DNA from: Prorocentrum cordatum
Taxonomy: Eukaryota
Assembly: GCA_963575745.1 (NCBI GenBank)
Contig: CAUYUJ010000226.1
Location: forward strand, 124,001 to 188,000
Direction of reading: 5' to 3'
DNA: 64,000 nucleotides
The notes below the pieces were generated by a model that did not search any database, had not been told where the DNA came from, and saw nothing but the letters and a program-made list of their open reading frames with translations. The position numbers and the translations under genes are program-made. Shown here piece by piece: positions 50,201-59,122 of the stretch. Position 1 is the stretch's first letter, and each line of letters opens with the position of its first letter.

Positions 50201-53200
50201 TTCCTGGAGCCCACCTAACGGATCTGTTCGACCCCAGTTCGACTCGAGTTCGACTCAAGTTCGACTCAAGTTTGACTCAGGTTCGACTCAGGGTCGACCC
50301 AACTCGACTGACGTTCGACGCAGCTTCGACGCACGAGTGGAGCGAGTGGCTCCAGGAAGGTCCCCAGAACGAGCATCCAACACGTCGGTCGTGGTTGAAA
50401 GTAGGCAGTTTTTGAATTTCGGATCCCAGTCTACTTTTGCCGCCGCCCTGCTTCACAAGGCGGCTGGTGCGTCCCCTCTTCCCTCCTCTTCAGGGGGTGG
50501 GCGGACATGCAATCTACTTCCAGCGCCTTCCTGCCTCATGTTTCTGCCGAAGTCTTCGGACCGGCGGGTAAACAGGAAGTGTCGGAGGTTCGCGCGGATC
50601 TCCCGCATCGGCGCTAGTGACAGAGGCACCGCCAGGGTGGCCCAGCGCGGATCCAAGAACTTCGCACTGACCTCCAGATGCTTGTGGTTGTGCTCGTTTT
50701 TCCTTCCTCGAGCATCAGCGAGCTGCAGAACACGCGCGGTGTCGGCAACGCGCCCGAGGCTCGGGTCCTGCTAGAGGAGTTGAGCGGCCTGAAGGCGCAG
50801 GTGCAGGAGCTCGTGGACGCGGAGCGCTTCGGCGAGGCGCACGAACTCAAGGGCCGCGAGCAGGATATCACCAAGCGACTCTCGCGCATCGAAGGCTGCC
50901 CGGTCGACCTGGTCGATCGTACCGTCACGGAGGAGGACATTGCGGAGGTGGTTTCTACCTGGACCGGCATAGCCGTGGATCAGGTCTTGGAATGGCAGGA
51001 ACAACATGAGTCAGAAGATGGCGAGTTGAGACAACGGCAGTTGGCTTTCGGGTGGCCCGCCGTCGCCACGGCTGGACGCAGCTCGGAAAGCAAGTGCGTT
51101 TAGACCCCGGGAGGGGTTTGGACACCCCTTTTTGAGCGGCCGTCGTCTCAACTCGCCCGCATCTAAATGAGCATCATTCGTATCACTCCGCGCATACCCA
51201 CCCGCCCATGCAGGAACGATGCCCAAGGGGGGCTGCCATTCTCCGGGGAGCGTGGCATCACTCTGAGAGGTCGGGGAGCCTCGTTTCATGCCCCTCTCAA
51301 GGTCGGGGCGAGCGAGTCCAGGAGGCTGATGGGCCTGGAGAAGGCGCTCCACGAGACCATCATCGGCCAGCACGAGGCGGTCAGCGCGGTCGCGAGGGCA
51401 CTGCGTCGCTCGCGGGCGGGGCTGCGGAATCCGGACAGGCCGATCGCCAGCTTCATGTTCTGCGGACCCACAGGCTTCCGCCACGAGGGAAACTCGGGCA
51501 TTGTAAAACGACGCGAGGATCGGGACAAAATCGGATCGGGATATCTCGAAATCTCTGAGAATCGGCGGCTTTGGAGCATGTATTGGGCGCCGCGGCCGCT
51601 CCAGAGCGTTCCGGAACGCTCTGAGAGCGCTCCAGAACGCTCTGGAGCGATTTATCCCGATCCTAGCCCTGTTTTAAACTCGGGCATTGAGAGAGCGCCC
51701 ACCCAGACAAGTCGATCGAGGAAGTCTGCACAGGTTCATTTGGCAGTGGCATTTGAGTGTGCTGGTGTACTTCGCGGTCGGATTTGCCAATTGACATGCG
51801 TTTCGCCGGATACATTCCGTTGTTTTTGGACGTGGATTGGCTATCATGTTGTGGTCTATTGGGGGTGCAGTGTCGTGCGCACGTGGTCAGAAGAACTGCC
51901 TCTTGCCATATGGGTGTCCTGCCCTCCCTCCCCCCGAGAGAGGAGTCCTTTAGAGGGTCGGGATCTAAGAAGCGGGCAAGCTAAGGCAGCGGTAGGTGGC
52001 CTTGGGGGGGGGGGCCCTCGTCGCCACGGTTACACGCAGCTCGGGAGGCTGGTGCGTCTGGACCCTGGGGCCAGGCTCGACCTGGACGGTGTTTTCCATC
52101 TGTCTCGTGGGCCGTTGTCGTTTTGACATCGTTTCTGTAAGTGAAGGCGGAGGGAGCTCCAGCGAAGGCCCCAGTGGCAGCGCTCGCATGCGGATCCACC
52201 CTCATTTGGCGCACCCCTCACGGGGTTCGTGGCGCCATAGGGAGCTTCACCGAAGGCCCCAGTGGCAGCGTTCGCATGCAGTTCCACCCTCATTACGACG
52301 AACCCCTCACGGGGTTCGTGGCCCTATAGGGGGTTCCACCGAAGGCCCCAGTGGCAGCGTCCGCATGTAGTTCCACCTTCATTTCGGTGCACCCCTCACG
52401 GGGTTCGTGGCGCCATAGGGAGCTTCACCGAAGGCCCTAGTGGCAGCGTTCGCATGCAGTTCCACCTTCATTTCGGCGCACCCCTCACAGGGCTCATAGC
52501 CCCATAGGAAGCTCCATCGAAGGCCCCAGTGGCAGCGTTCGCACGCAGTTCCATCCTTTTTTCGGCGCACCCATCACAGGGTTCGTGGCCCCATAGGGAG
52601 CTCCAGCGAAGGCCCCAGTGGCAGCGTTCGCATGCAGTTCCACCTTCATTTCGGCGCGTTCGCATGCAGTTCCACCCTCTTTTCGGCGCACCCCTCACAG
52701 GGTTCGTGGCCCCATAGGGAGCTCCACCGAAGGCCCCAGTGGCAGCGTTCGCACGCAGCTCCTCCCTGTTTTCGGCGCACCCCTCACGGGGTTCGTGGCC
52801 CCATAGGGGGCTCCACCGAAGGCCCCAGTGGCAGCGTTCGCATGCAGTTCCACCCTCATGTCGGCGCACCCCTCAAAAGGTTCGTGGCCCCACAGGGAGC
52901 TCCACCGAATGTACTCACAAGTGCGGCACTCACAGCTGCATATGGTTGGGTCTTTCGCCAGGCTAGTTTTAAGCGAAAGGCAAAGAGAGGGAACACGGAA
53001 GCATCACGACATCGGAACACATTGCCATTGGGTCGATCCCTGCCCTGGGAGGGGTTTGGGGGCCGGTGTGGAGCTGCCGTTGTCCCGAGTCGCCTGGCTC
53101 CGATTCAGGCGGGCCCCAAATCTGGATCCATCGCGCCAGAGCGTGGGCTCTCAGATGCGGTCGGTTCGGGGAGCTTGCCCTTATGTTCTTCGCGTTTGTT

Positions 53201-56200
53201 GAGCAGTCTTGTGCATCCTGGGGGAAGGTGCCCTCGACGGTTCTTCAGTTTGGCCGGGCGAGGGGTCTCATGTTCTTCAGGGATGTTCTTCTGTCCTGGG
53301 TCCGTCCGTATCCGCGATTTGCCCGGACCCTTTTTTGTGGTGGCGGTCCTTGGAGTCGAGAGGCAGAATCGGCACAAGTTGCGCTCTGGGTCGGCGCTGG
53401 ACCTCCCTGACAGCGCCTCTGGAGCTGCCCTGAGGCGTGCCAGGGAGGGGGTCCAGCGAGGAGGAGGAGGAGGAGGAGGAGGCACAAAAGGAGAACGAAG
53501 GGGGGGGGGGGGGGGCCGCGAGACGAAAAGGAGGGAGGGGAGGAGGAGGAGGAGGAGGAGGAGGAGGAGGAGGAGGAGGTGGAGGAGGAGGAGGAGGGAG
53601 GAGGAGGAGGAGGAGGAGGAGCAGGAGGAGGAGGAGGAGGAGGAGGAGGAGGAGGAGGGGGGAGGGAGGTCCGCGCGGACCTCGCAGGGCTTATGATTAT
53701 GCTGGTGTCGCTCCTCCAGAGGAAGGGACGAGGTGAGTCCTGCTCCTCCTCCTCCTCCTCCTCCTCCTCTCCTCCTCCTCCCCCCTCCCCTCCTCTCCCC
53801 CTCCACCTCCTCCCCCTCCCCCTCTCCTCCTCCTCCTCCTCCTCCTCCTCCTCCTCCTCCTCCTCCTCCTCCTCCACCTCCACCTCCAGCCTCCGGCCTT
53901 CGATGCCAAGCAGGTGTCGGCAAGACTCACGTGTGCAAGACCTTGGCGTCGACGTTCTTCGGCTCGGCGGACTCCATGATCCGCCTTGACATGAGCGAGT
54001 TCATGGAGAAGCACACCGTCTCGAAGCTCATCGGGGCTCCGCCGGGCTACGTGGGCTACAGCGACGGCGGCACCATGACGGAGGCCGTTAGGAGGCGCCC
54101 GTACTCGTTGCTGCTCTTCGACGAGGTGGAGAAGGCCCACCCCGACGTCTTCAACATCATGCTGCAGCTGCTGGACGACGGGCGGCTGACGGACTCGAAG
54201 GGCCGCACCGTGTCCTTCGCCAACACCCTCGTCGTCATGACGTCCAACCTGGGCAGCCGGTCCGTGCAGAAGGGCGCCGGGGGGAGCTTCGGGCTCGGCT
54301 TCGGCACGGCGGACGACGAGGACGGGGTCCTTTCGATCCGATCGATCCGATCGATGTCGATTTCGGCCGATCCGATCCGATTCGATGTGCCGACATTCCG
54401 ATGCGTCCTGAGACCCGCGTGGCGTTGTTGTGCATCCTGGCGCGGCTGGTCCAAGTCGATTTTGACTCCGTGCTGATCGGAGCCGATGTGCTTCGATCCG
54501 ATGTTGATGACCTTGGAAGGAGGAGGAGAGCTACGCTGCCATGAAGGAACTCGTGATGGAGGACATGAAGTCCTTCTTCCGGCCAGAGTTCATCAACCGG
54601 TTGGACGAGCTGGTGGTGTTCCGGTCCCTGACCAAGGAGAACGTGCGCGCCATCGCCGAGGTGGAGTTCCGGCAGGTGCTCGGACGCCTCGGCGAGCGCA
54701 ATCTCGACGTTACGCTCACTCAGGCGTTCAAGGACCAGGTGGTGCCCGAAGTAAAACGGGTTCATTTGCGCTGGCATTCACGTGCAAGTTGCTCGCGTAA
54801 GGTCGTGCGTAAGCGCCCTCGTCTCCAGCGTGGCGTGCCGCGCTGGCGGCCCGCGCAAGCCACCGCGTGAGGTTGCTATGCCATCTCGCGAAAGGCGCAC
54901 CACCCACCAAACCGCCCCAACCCGACCCCAAGGCCTCTTTGCCCTCCGCTCCCACTGGGGGGGGGAGGGGTCGGGGAAGTCAGGCACAAAAGCCGCATGT
55001 GGAAGCCGTACCCCCCCGCCACCCTCAACCGGATCTGGGGGTCTTCGGGTGAGGTCGGGGATAGTCTGGCAGGTGGTCAAAGGCCCCTTCCCTCTCGTCG
55101 CCGAGGGGTGAGCGACGGGAGAGAGAACGGGGCCGCGCGCGGCCGACGCTGGCGCGCAGGCTCCCCGCGTGGGGCCCCGCGGGGGCGCCTCCCCGCCTCC
55201 CCATGCGGCGGGCTCTGCGGCGGGGGCCCGCGCCGGCCGCGGCGGAAGGTCGTCTTGCCATCCTTTAGGGGAACGAAGCATGACGTCAGCATAACACACT
55301 GTCGGAGGTCCGCGCTGGACCCCCTGGGCGGCGCCTCCAGCGCCGATCCGAGAAATCCGCGCTGTGCGCCAAAAGTTTATGCTCATGGCGTTTGTTCTTC
55401 TTCTAGTAACTAGGTCGTCCTGGCATCTCTCGAGTTGGGGATATCGACTGCAGAATTGATTCACCCCAAGAATGACTTGTGCGCCGGATCCATGAGAAAT
55501 GCGCAGAAGGCTCGCGTGGATCTACGAACATCCTACGTCTGACCTGGCAGGAAAATCACTTTTCCGGCAAATCAATTCTACAATATATTCTCTACTCGAA
55601 TCGCTAGAGGAGCACGCAAACATCATAGACAAACGTTCGCAAGGTTCGCGCGGCTTTCTTGGATCGGTGCTGCGAGGCCTCCCTGGCGGATCGCCTCCGA
55701 GGGCGAAGCCCGGCGCCGATCCAAGAAGGAGCCCGCGCGGACCTCCAAACGCTCTCGTGTTCATGTCTCGGTGATCCTCGGGGCGTGTGTTAGCCGAATG
55801 TGTTCTTACCACGTTCGGCCTGTGTCGGCCATCGTTGCACCACCTTCGTCGTATTGGAGGGCTTCGGTGGTCCAGCACACGTTGGCGCTAATGCACGTTC
55901 TGAGGATCATCGGATGTCGAGTGTGGCTGCGGCGTAAGGTCGCCGTGCCATCTCGCGAAGGACCAGTTTCTCGTCGTCGTTCAGGTGAACGGCGTTGAAA
56001 AAAATGACGGGGTCGGCTTCGCCGACATTGGCGCGCAAGCTGCCCGCGTAAGGTCGCGCGTGAGTGCCCTCGCTTCAGTCGTAGCGTGCCGCGCCGGCGG
56101 CCCGCGAAAGCCACCGCGTGAGGTCGCTATCTGCTCTGCCATCTGGCGAAAGATGCGTTTTCCCACGAGTCTCGTGCGCTACAGTCGGGGCCCTGAAGAA

Positions 56201-59122
56201 GGAACCCTTTTCGTTGGGGAGGGGCTCCGTGTTCCTTAATTGTTTCGCAGCTTGCCTTGGATTTCCCGTAGGTTTTCGATCGGAAATATCGAAGTTCAAC
56301 TTATGGAAAATAGGGGCCTCGTTCCTTACTTAGGGTTCCTTGGGTCAAGGCCCCGACTGAATGCCTCCGCGCCGGCGTGCCGCGCAAGGTCGCTGTGCCA
56401 TCTCGCGCAGGGCCCGTGTTTGATCGCCGCCCAGGTGGTGGAGAAGGGCTACGACCCCGCCTTCGGCGCGCGGCCGCTGCGGCGAGCGATCTCGGCCATG
56501 CTGGAGGACACGTTGGCGGAGCACCTGCTGGAGGCCGCGGGCGAGGGCCCGGACGACGGGCAGGCCGACGGCGCTGGAGCCGGGGAGGAGGCTCGGGGGC
56601 AACGGTAGGGGGGGTGGAGGGTTTCTCCGAAGGGCTGAGGCGACCCGTCCTCCTCCTCAACCTCCTCCCCCTCCTTCTTCCCCTCCTCCTCTCTCCTCCT
56701 CCTCTCTTCTCCTCCTCCTCCTCCTCCTCCTCCTCCTTCTCCTCCTCCTCCTCCCCCTCCTCCTCCTCCCCCTCCTCCTCCTCCTCCTCCTCCTCCTCCT
56801 CCTCCTGCTCCTCCTCCTCCCTCTCCTCCTCTCTCCCCCTCCTCTCTCCTCCTCCTCTCTCCTCCGCCTCCTCCTCCTCCTCCTCCTCCTCCTCCTCCTC
56901 CTCCTCCTCCTCCTCCTCCCTCCTCCCCTCCTCATCTCTCCCCCTCCTCCTCTCTCCTCCTCCTCTCTCCTCCTCCTCCTCCTCCTCCTCCTCCTCCTCC
57001 TCCTGCCCTGGCGCCCTCGGCGGGTGCCTGCCCGCGCCCTGGCGCAGCGGAAGCCCTGGCCCCGGGCGGCAGCCCCGGCGGGGCACCAGCGGGCCTCACG
57101 AGGCGAAGACATCACGCTCAGGGAGCTGGCGGACGCGCTGCTGGCGGCGCACCGTCGCGGCGTGGCCGTGCGGGTGCTGACCGACGACAGGCAGGCCGAG
57201 GGAGCCGGCTCCAGGGTGGGCCAGCTGCGCTCCGCTGGGATCGCTGTCCAGACGGACAACGACATACGGCTCCACATACACCACAAGTTTGCCGTTGTCG
57301 ACGGGGAGCTGCTCTTGAGTGGATCCTTTAATTGGACAGGCCCGTCCGTCACGTCGTCCTACGAGAACGTCATCGTCAGCCACGCGCCGGCCCTTGCCAG
57401 CTTGTTCGGGGGGGAGTTCGACCGCCTTTGGAAAGGGTTCGGAAGGGGCGACGCGGGTACCGCCAAGTCCTCGGTGCCTTCCAACACGGTCGAGAGGTTT
57501 GCCGTCTTGTTCTTTCCAGACACCAGTGGCACCAACGTGGGCGCCATTGTAGACGAGATCTCAGCGGCAAAGCGCAGCATCGACGTTGCCATGTTCGTCC
57601 TGACTTTGGACAGGTTGGCGGATGCTCTTTTGGAAAAGCGTCGGCAAGGCGTGAGGGTTCGCCTAATCACGGACCGCCACCAGTCCAACGCAGGAGGGGC
57701 AGATGCGAAACGCTTGGCTAAAGCTGGCGTGCGCGTTCGCATCAACCCGCCAGGCGACTCGGACCACGATCGACGTTGCAACATGCACCACAAGTTTGCA
57801 GTGGTCGATTCCTCTGTGCTTATTTCTGGGTCTTTCAACTGGACAGCCCAGGCTGCGAAGGGCAACCAAGAAGACGCGGTGGTATACCTGGAGTGCCAGG
57901 AGCTGACGGCAAGTTTCGCGGCGGAGTTCCAGCGCCTGTGGGACGCTTTCGAGCAGCTGGACCGACAACGTTGTTGCTGTCTTCCCTGAACATCGGCAGC
58001 GACGGGCCCGGAGCTCGCAGGGTCAGGAATGACTCGCGCCGAAGGGGCACGGGCCCTCCTCATCGAAGGCGCCTCGAAAGGAGAAAAAAAAAAAATCCTC
58101 CTCCTCCTCCTCGGATCGCCTACGGCCCCGGGGGAAATCATGCAGGGGGAAGCATCGGCCTCGAATGTTGCGATGCTCCGGCCTACTGTAGCTTTCAGCG
58201 CCAGCAAGGACGTCGAGCACCAAGAAATAATCCAAACTGGAGTTGTTTCACGTGTCGGGCCCTGGGAGACGATCCCCTTTCGACACTTCGCTAGCGCGTC
58301 GGGCAGACGCTGTTTCGATTATTTTCTAGGCTCTTGGATGTCGTCCTTCAGTGCGATGGGAACAACATAGTTCGAATGGTTGATACATCGACGTTGAATC
58401 GGCGATGCATCGTTGGTATCAGGGCGGTGCATCGGCGATGTATAGACGACACATGGGGCGGTCTGTATCGACGATGCATCAAGGATGCATTGGCGATGTA
58501 CCGGCCATTCGAGGTTGAGGCATCATCCTTATGCCCTTCACCCCCGATCGTTGCACCTCAGAGGCCCGCCAGTCCATCAAGGTGGACGTCGACGGGGAGA
58601 CGGGGCGGGCCATGTCGAAGGTGAAAACACGGCACAAACAGATTGTCGAGTTAGCTTGGTAGTTTGGTAGGTCGACCGTGCCAAATGCTTTAGCGACCCT
58701 CGTGTTCTACATTCCTATGGCAGCGTGGCCTTCGGAAGGGTCTCGTGTCCTCTCGCGTGTCCTCTCTCTCCACTCGAACTCGACTGTACACTGCCGGAGC
58801 TCTGCGCGGATTCCTTGGATCCGCGCTGGACCACCCCTTGGCTGCGCCTCTGGCGCCGCCACTCCGCGCGCCAGGGAGATCCTCCTCCTCCTCCTCCTCC
58901 TCCTCCTCCTCCTCCTCCTCCTCCTCCTCCTCCTCCCCCTCCTCCTCCTCCTCCTCCTCCTCCTCCTCCTCCTCCTCCTCCTCCTCCTCCTCTGCGCGGA
59001 GCTCCGAGGATGTCTGTGTCTGTGCGGGCGTTTCCCCTTCGGCCATCGTGCTGCAGGCCAGGGAGGGCTCCAGGGCGGCCCGGGGCCAGCAGTCCGTCGG
59101 CGTCGGGGCCCGGGGCTTCTGA
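37842..59122 (+). CDS. clpC: Plastid-targeted ClpC (Hsp100 AAA+ chaperone), spliced gene, about 18 exons, about 1080 aa. Exons: 37842-38240, 38903-39133, 39630-39785, 39933-40124, 40323-40370, 41192-41449, 43015-43083, 48558-48662, 48851-48865, 49044-49316, 49998-50155, ~50719-50983, 51302-51473, 53914-54320, 54520-54738, 56435-56590, 58564-~58613, ~59047-59122
   Basis: Joined exons give the ClpC order in frame: MFERFTEK Clp-N start, [25 protein letters not shown] (Walker A1), [14 protein letters not shown] (Walker B1), [52 protein letters not shown]-like repeats, GPT|GVGKT (Walker A2), [55 protein letters not shown]. Nearly all acceptors are AG|G. The last two exons are less certain. Confidence 0.92.
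38903..39133 (+). CDS. clpC: ClpC exon 2 (end of transit peptide, Clp-N repeat 1)
   Basis: [37 protein letters not shown] is the typical ClpC N-terminus. Confidence 0.92.
39152..39339. mobile_element. MITE family E in ClpC intron 2; inverted copy at ~9145-9332
   Basis: [35 protein letters not shown] / CCCCTCCCTTTTACTACGAATTCTGGAGTACC. Confidence 0.8.
39630..40370 (+). CDS. clpC: ClpC exons 3-5 (39630-39785, 39933-40124, 40323-40370): Clp-N repeat 2 and linker
   Basis: [42 protein letters not shown]. The two intervening introns (147 and 198 nt) are stop-free and in frame. Confidence 0.85.
39786..39932. mobile_element. Introner-like element forming the whole of ClpC intron 3; inverted free copy at ~60833-60965
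   Basis: TIR GATCGGGGGGCCCAAAA..CACCACCACC / GGTGGTGGTGCATATTCTTGGGGCCCGGGTC; GA donor, AG acceptor. Confidence 0.8.
40125..40322. mobile_element. Introner-like element forming ClpC intron 4
   Basis: Subterminal TIR GCAAACATGGAC / GTCCATGTTTGC; flanking direct repeat AGGAC. Confidence 0.75.
41192..41449 (+). CDS. clpC: ClpC exon 6 (NBD1 Walker A, pore loop)
   Basis: [46 protein letters not shown]. Confidence 0.95.
42729..42925. repeat. Palindromic CATCGCCGATG-rich dispersed repeat; also ~32720-32840, ~58400-58560, ~61145-61350
   Basis: Repeated ATGCATCGGCGATG / CATCGCCGATGCAT words; ends AGATGGGGTCG / CGACCCCATCT. Confidence 0.65.
43015..43083 (+). CDS. clpC: ClpC exon 7 (NBD1 Walker B)
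   Basis: [26 protein letters not shown] acceptor, GC donor. Confidence 0.9.
44430..46420. repeat. Cluster of diverged direct and inverted repeat units within the 5.5-kb ClpC intron 7
   Basis: GATGACCACCTCACTCCATCCCC, GGCGGTGAG and TAAGCTTCCGC / GCGGAAGCTT recur 4-5 times. Confidence 0.65.
48558..49316 (+). CDS. clpC: ClpC exons 8-10 (48558-48662, micro-exon 48851-48865, 49044-49316)
   Basis: [27 protein letters not shown] / GATTL / [37 protein letters not shown]. Confidence 0.92.
48663..48850. mobile_element. Introner-like element forming ClpC intron 8 (no AG acceptor)
   Basis: TIR GTATCGTTTCACCGATCCCCATCCCC / GGGGATGGGGGTCGGTTAAACGATAC; flanking direct repeat GCATC. Confidence 0.8.
48866..49043 (+). 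mobile_element. ClpC intron 9 = one copy of a dispersed family also at ~2917-3087 and ~42561-42730
   Basis: Shared GGAGGCCCTCGTCGCCACCGC..GATTC..GTCAGAAC core over the whole intron length. Confidence 0.75.
49998..50983 (+). CDS. clpC: ClpC exons 11-12 (49998-50155, ~50719-50983): middle domain with two UVR-like motifs
   Basis: [20 protein letters not shown] and [20 protein letters not shown], then [16 protein letters not shown]. The exon 12 acceptor could be 50713 or 50719. Confidence 0.85.
50151..50711. mobile_element. TIR element occupying ClpC intron 11
   Basis: TIR TCGAGGAAGGAA / TTCCTTCCTCGA; direct repeat GCATC at 50146-50150 and 50712-50716. Confidence 0.7.
51302..51473 (+). CDS. clpC: ClpC exon 13 (start of NBD2)
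   Basis: [47 protein letters not shown]. Confidence 0.95.
52150..52965. repeat. Minisatellite, unit about 89 bp, about 8 copies, in ClpC intron 13; same family at 1-230 and 910-1062
   Basis: GGGAGCTCCACCGAAGGCCCCAGTGGCAGCGTTCGCATGCAGTTCCACC..CACCCCTCACGGGGTTCGTGGCCCCATA. Confidence 0.92.
53914..54738 (+). CDS. clpC: ClpC exons 14-15 (53914-54320, 54520-54738): NBD2 core
   Basis: [54 protein letters not shown] (ClpP-binding-loop-like tripeptide); [11 protein letters not shown]. Confidence 0.95.
56435..56590 (+). CDS. clpC: ClpC exon 16 (C-terminal D2-small domain)
   Basis: [32 protein letters not shown]; if unspliced it would stop at 56608. Confidence 0.9.
57024..57989 (+). CDS. Tandem two-domain PLD-family nuclease/phospholipase (Zucchini/PLD6/Nuc-like); intronless, 5'-incomplete, nested in ClpC intron 16; possibly a retrocopy
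   Basis: Two HHKFAVVD...SGSFNWT...(E) motifs. The second domain is complete ([28 protein letters not shown]). The first begins abruptly at [12 protein letters not shown] (~57108). No ATG in frame upstream; ends CCCLP*; A12 at 58084-58095. Confidence 0.88.
   Translation: MPARALAQRKPWPRAAAPAGHQRASRGEDITLRELADALLAAHRRGVAVRVLTDDRQAEGAGSRVGQLRSAGIAVQTDNDIRLHIHHKFAVVDGELLLSGSFNWTGPSVTSSYENVIVSHAPALASLFGGEFDRLWKGFGRGDAGTAKSSVPSNTVERFAVLFFPDTSGTNVGAIVDEISAAKRSIDVAMFVLTLDRLADALLEKRRQGVRVRLITDRHQSNAGGADAKRLAKAGVRVRINPPGDSDHDRRCNMHHKFAVVDSSVLISGSFNWTAQAAKGNQEDAVVYLECQELTASFAAEFQRLWDAFEQLDRQRCCCLP
58564..59122 (+). CDS. clpC: Probable ClpC terminal exons 17 (58564-~58613) and 18 (~59047-59122)
   Basis: [16 protein letters not shown] + [25 protein letters not shown] resembles the ClpC C-terminal 'S-x-x-VDVD-x-x-G..IVL' strands. 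Junction GAG|GC (56590) to CAGAG|GCC (58564) shares the direct repeat GAGGC. Confidence 0.7.

Noticed and set aside
56435..57989. Direct in-frame ClpC-PLD fusion by splicing exon 16 to the PLD ORF
   Set aside because: Exon 16 ends in phase 0 while the AG sites at 57102 and 57108 are phase 1, and a better ClpC terminal exon exists at 58564. It cannot be fully excluded without transcripts.
37842..59122. Bacterial operon or defence-system reading (Clp ATPase plus PLD nuclease)
   Set aside because: The ATPase gene is intron-split with a eukaryotic plastid presequence. Co-location with the PLD ORF is better explained by insertion than by an operon.
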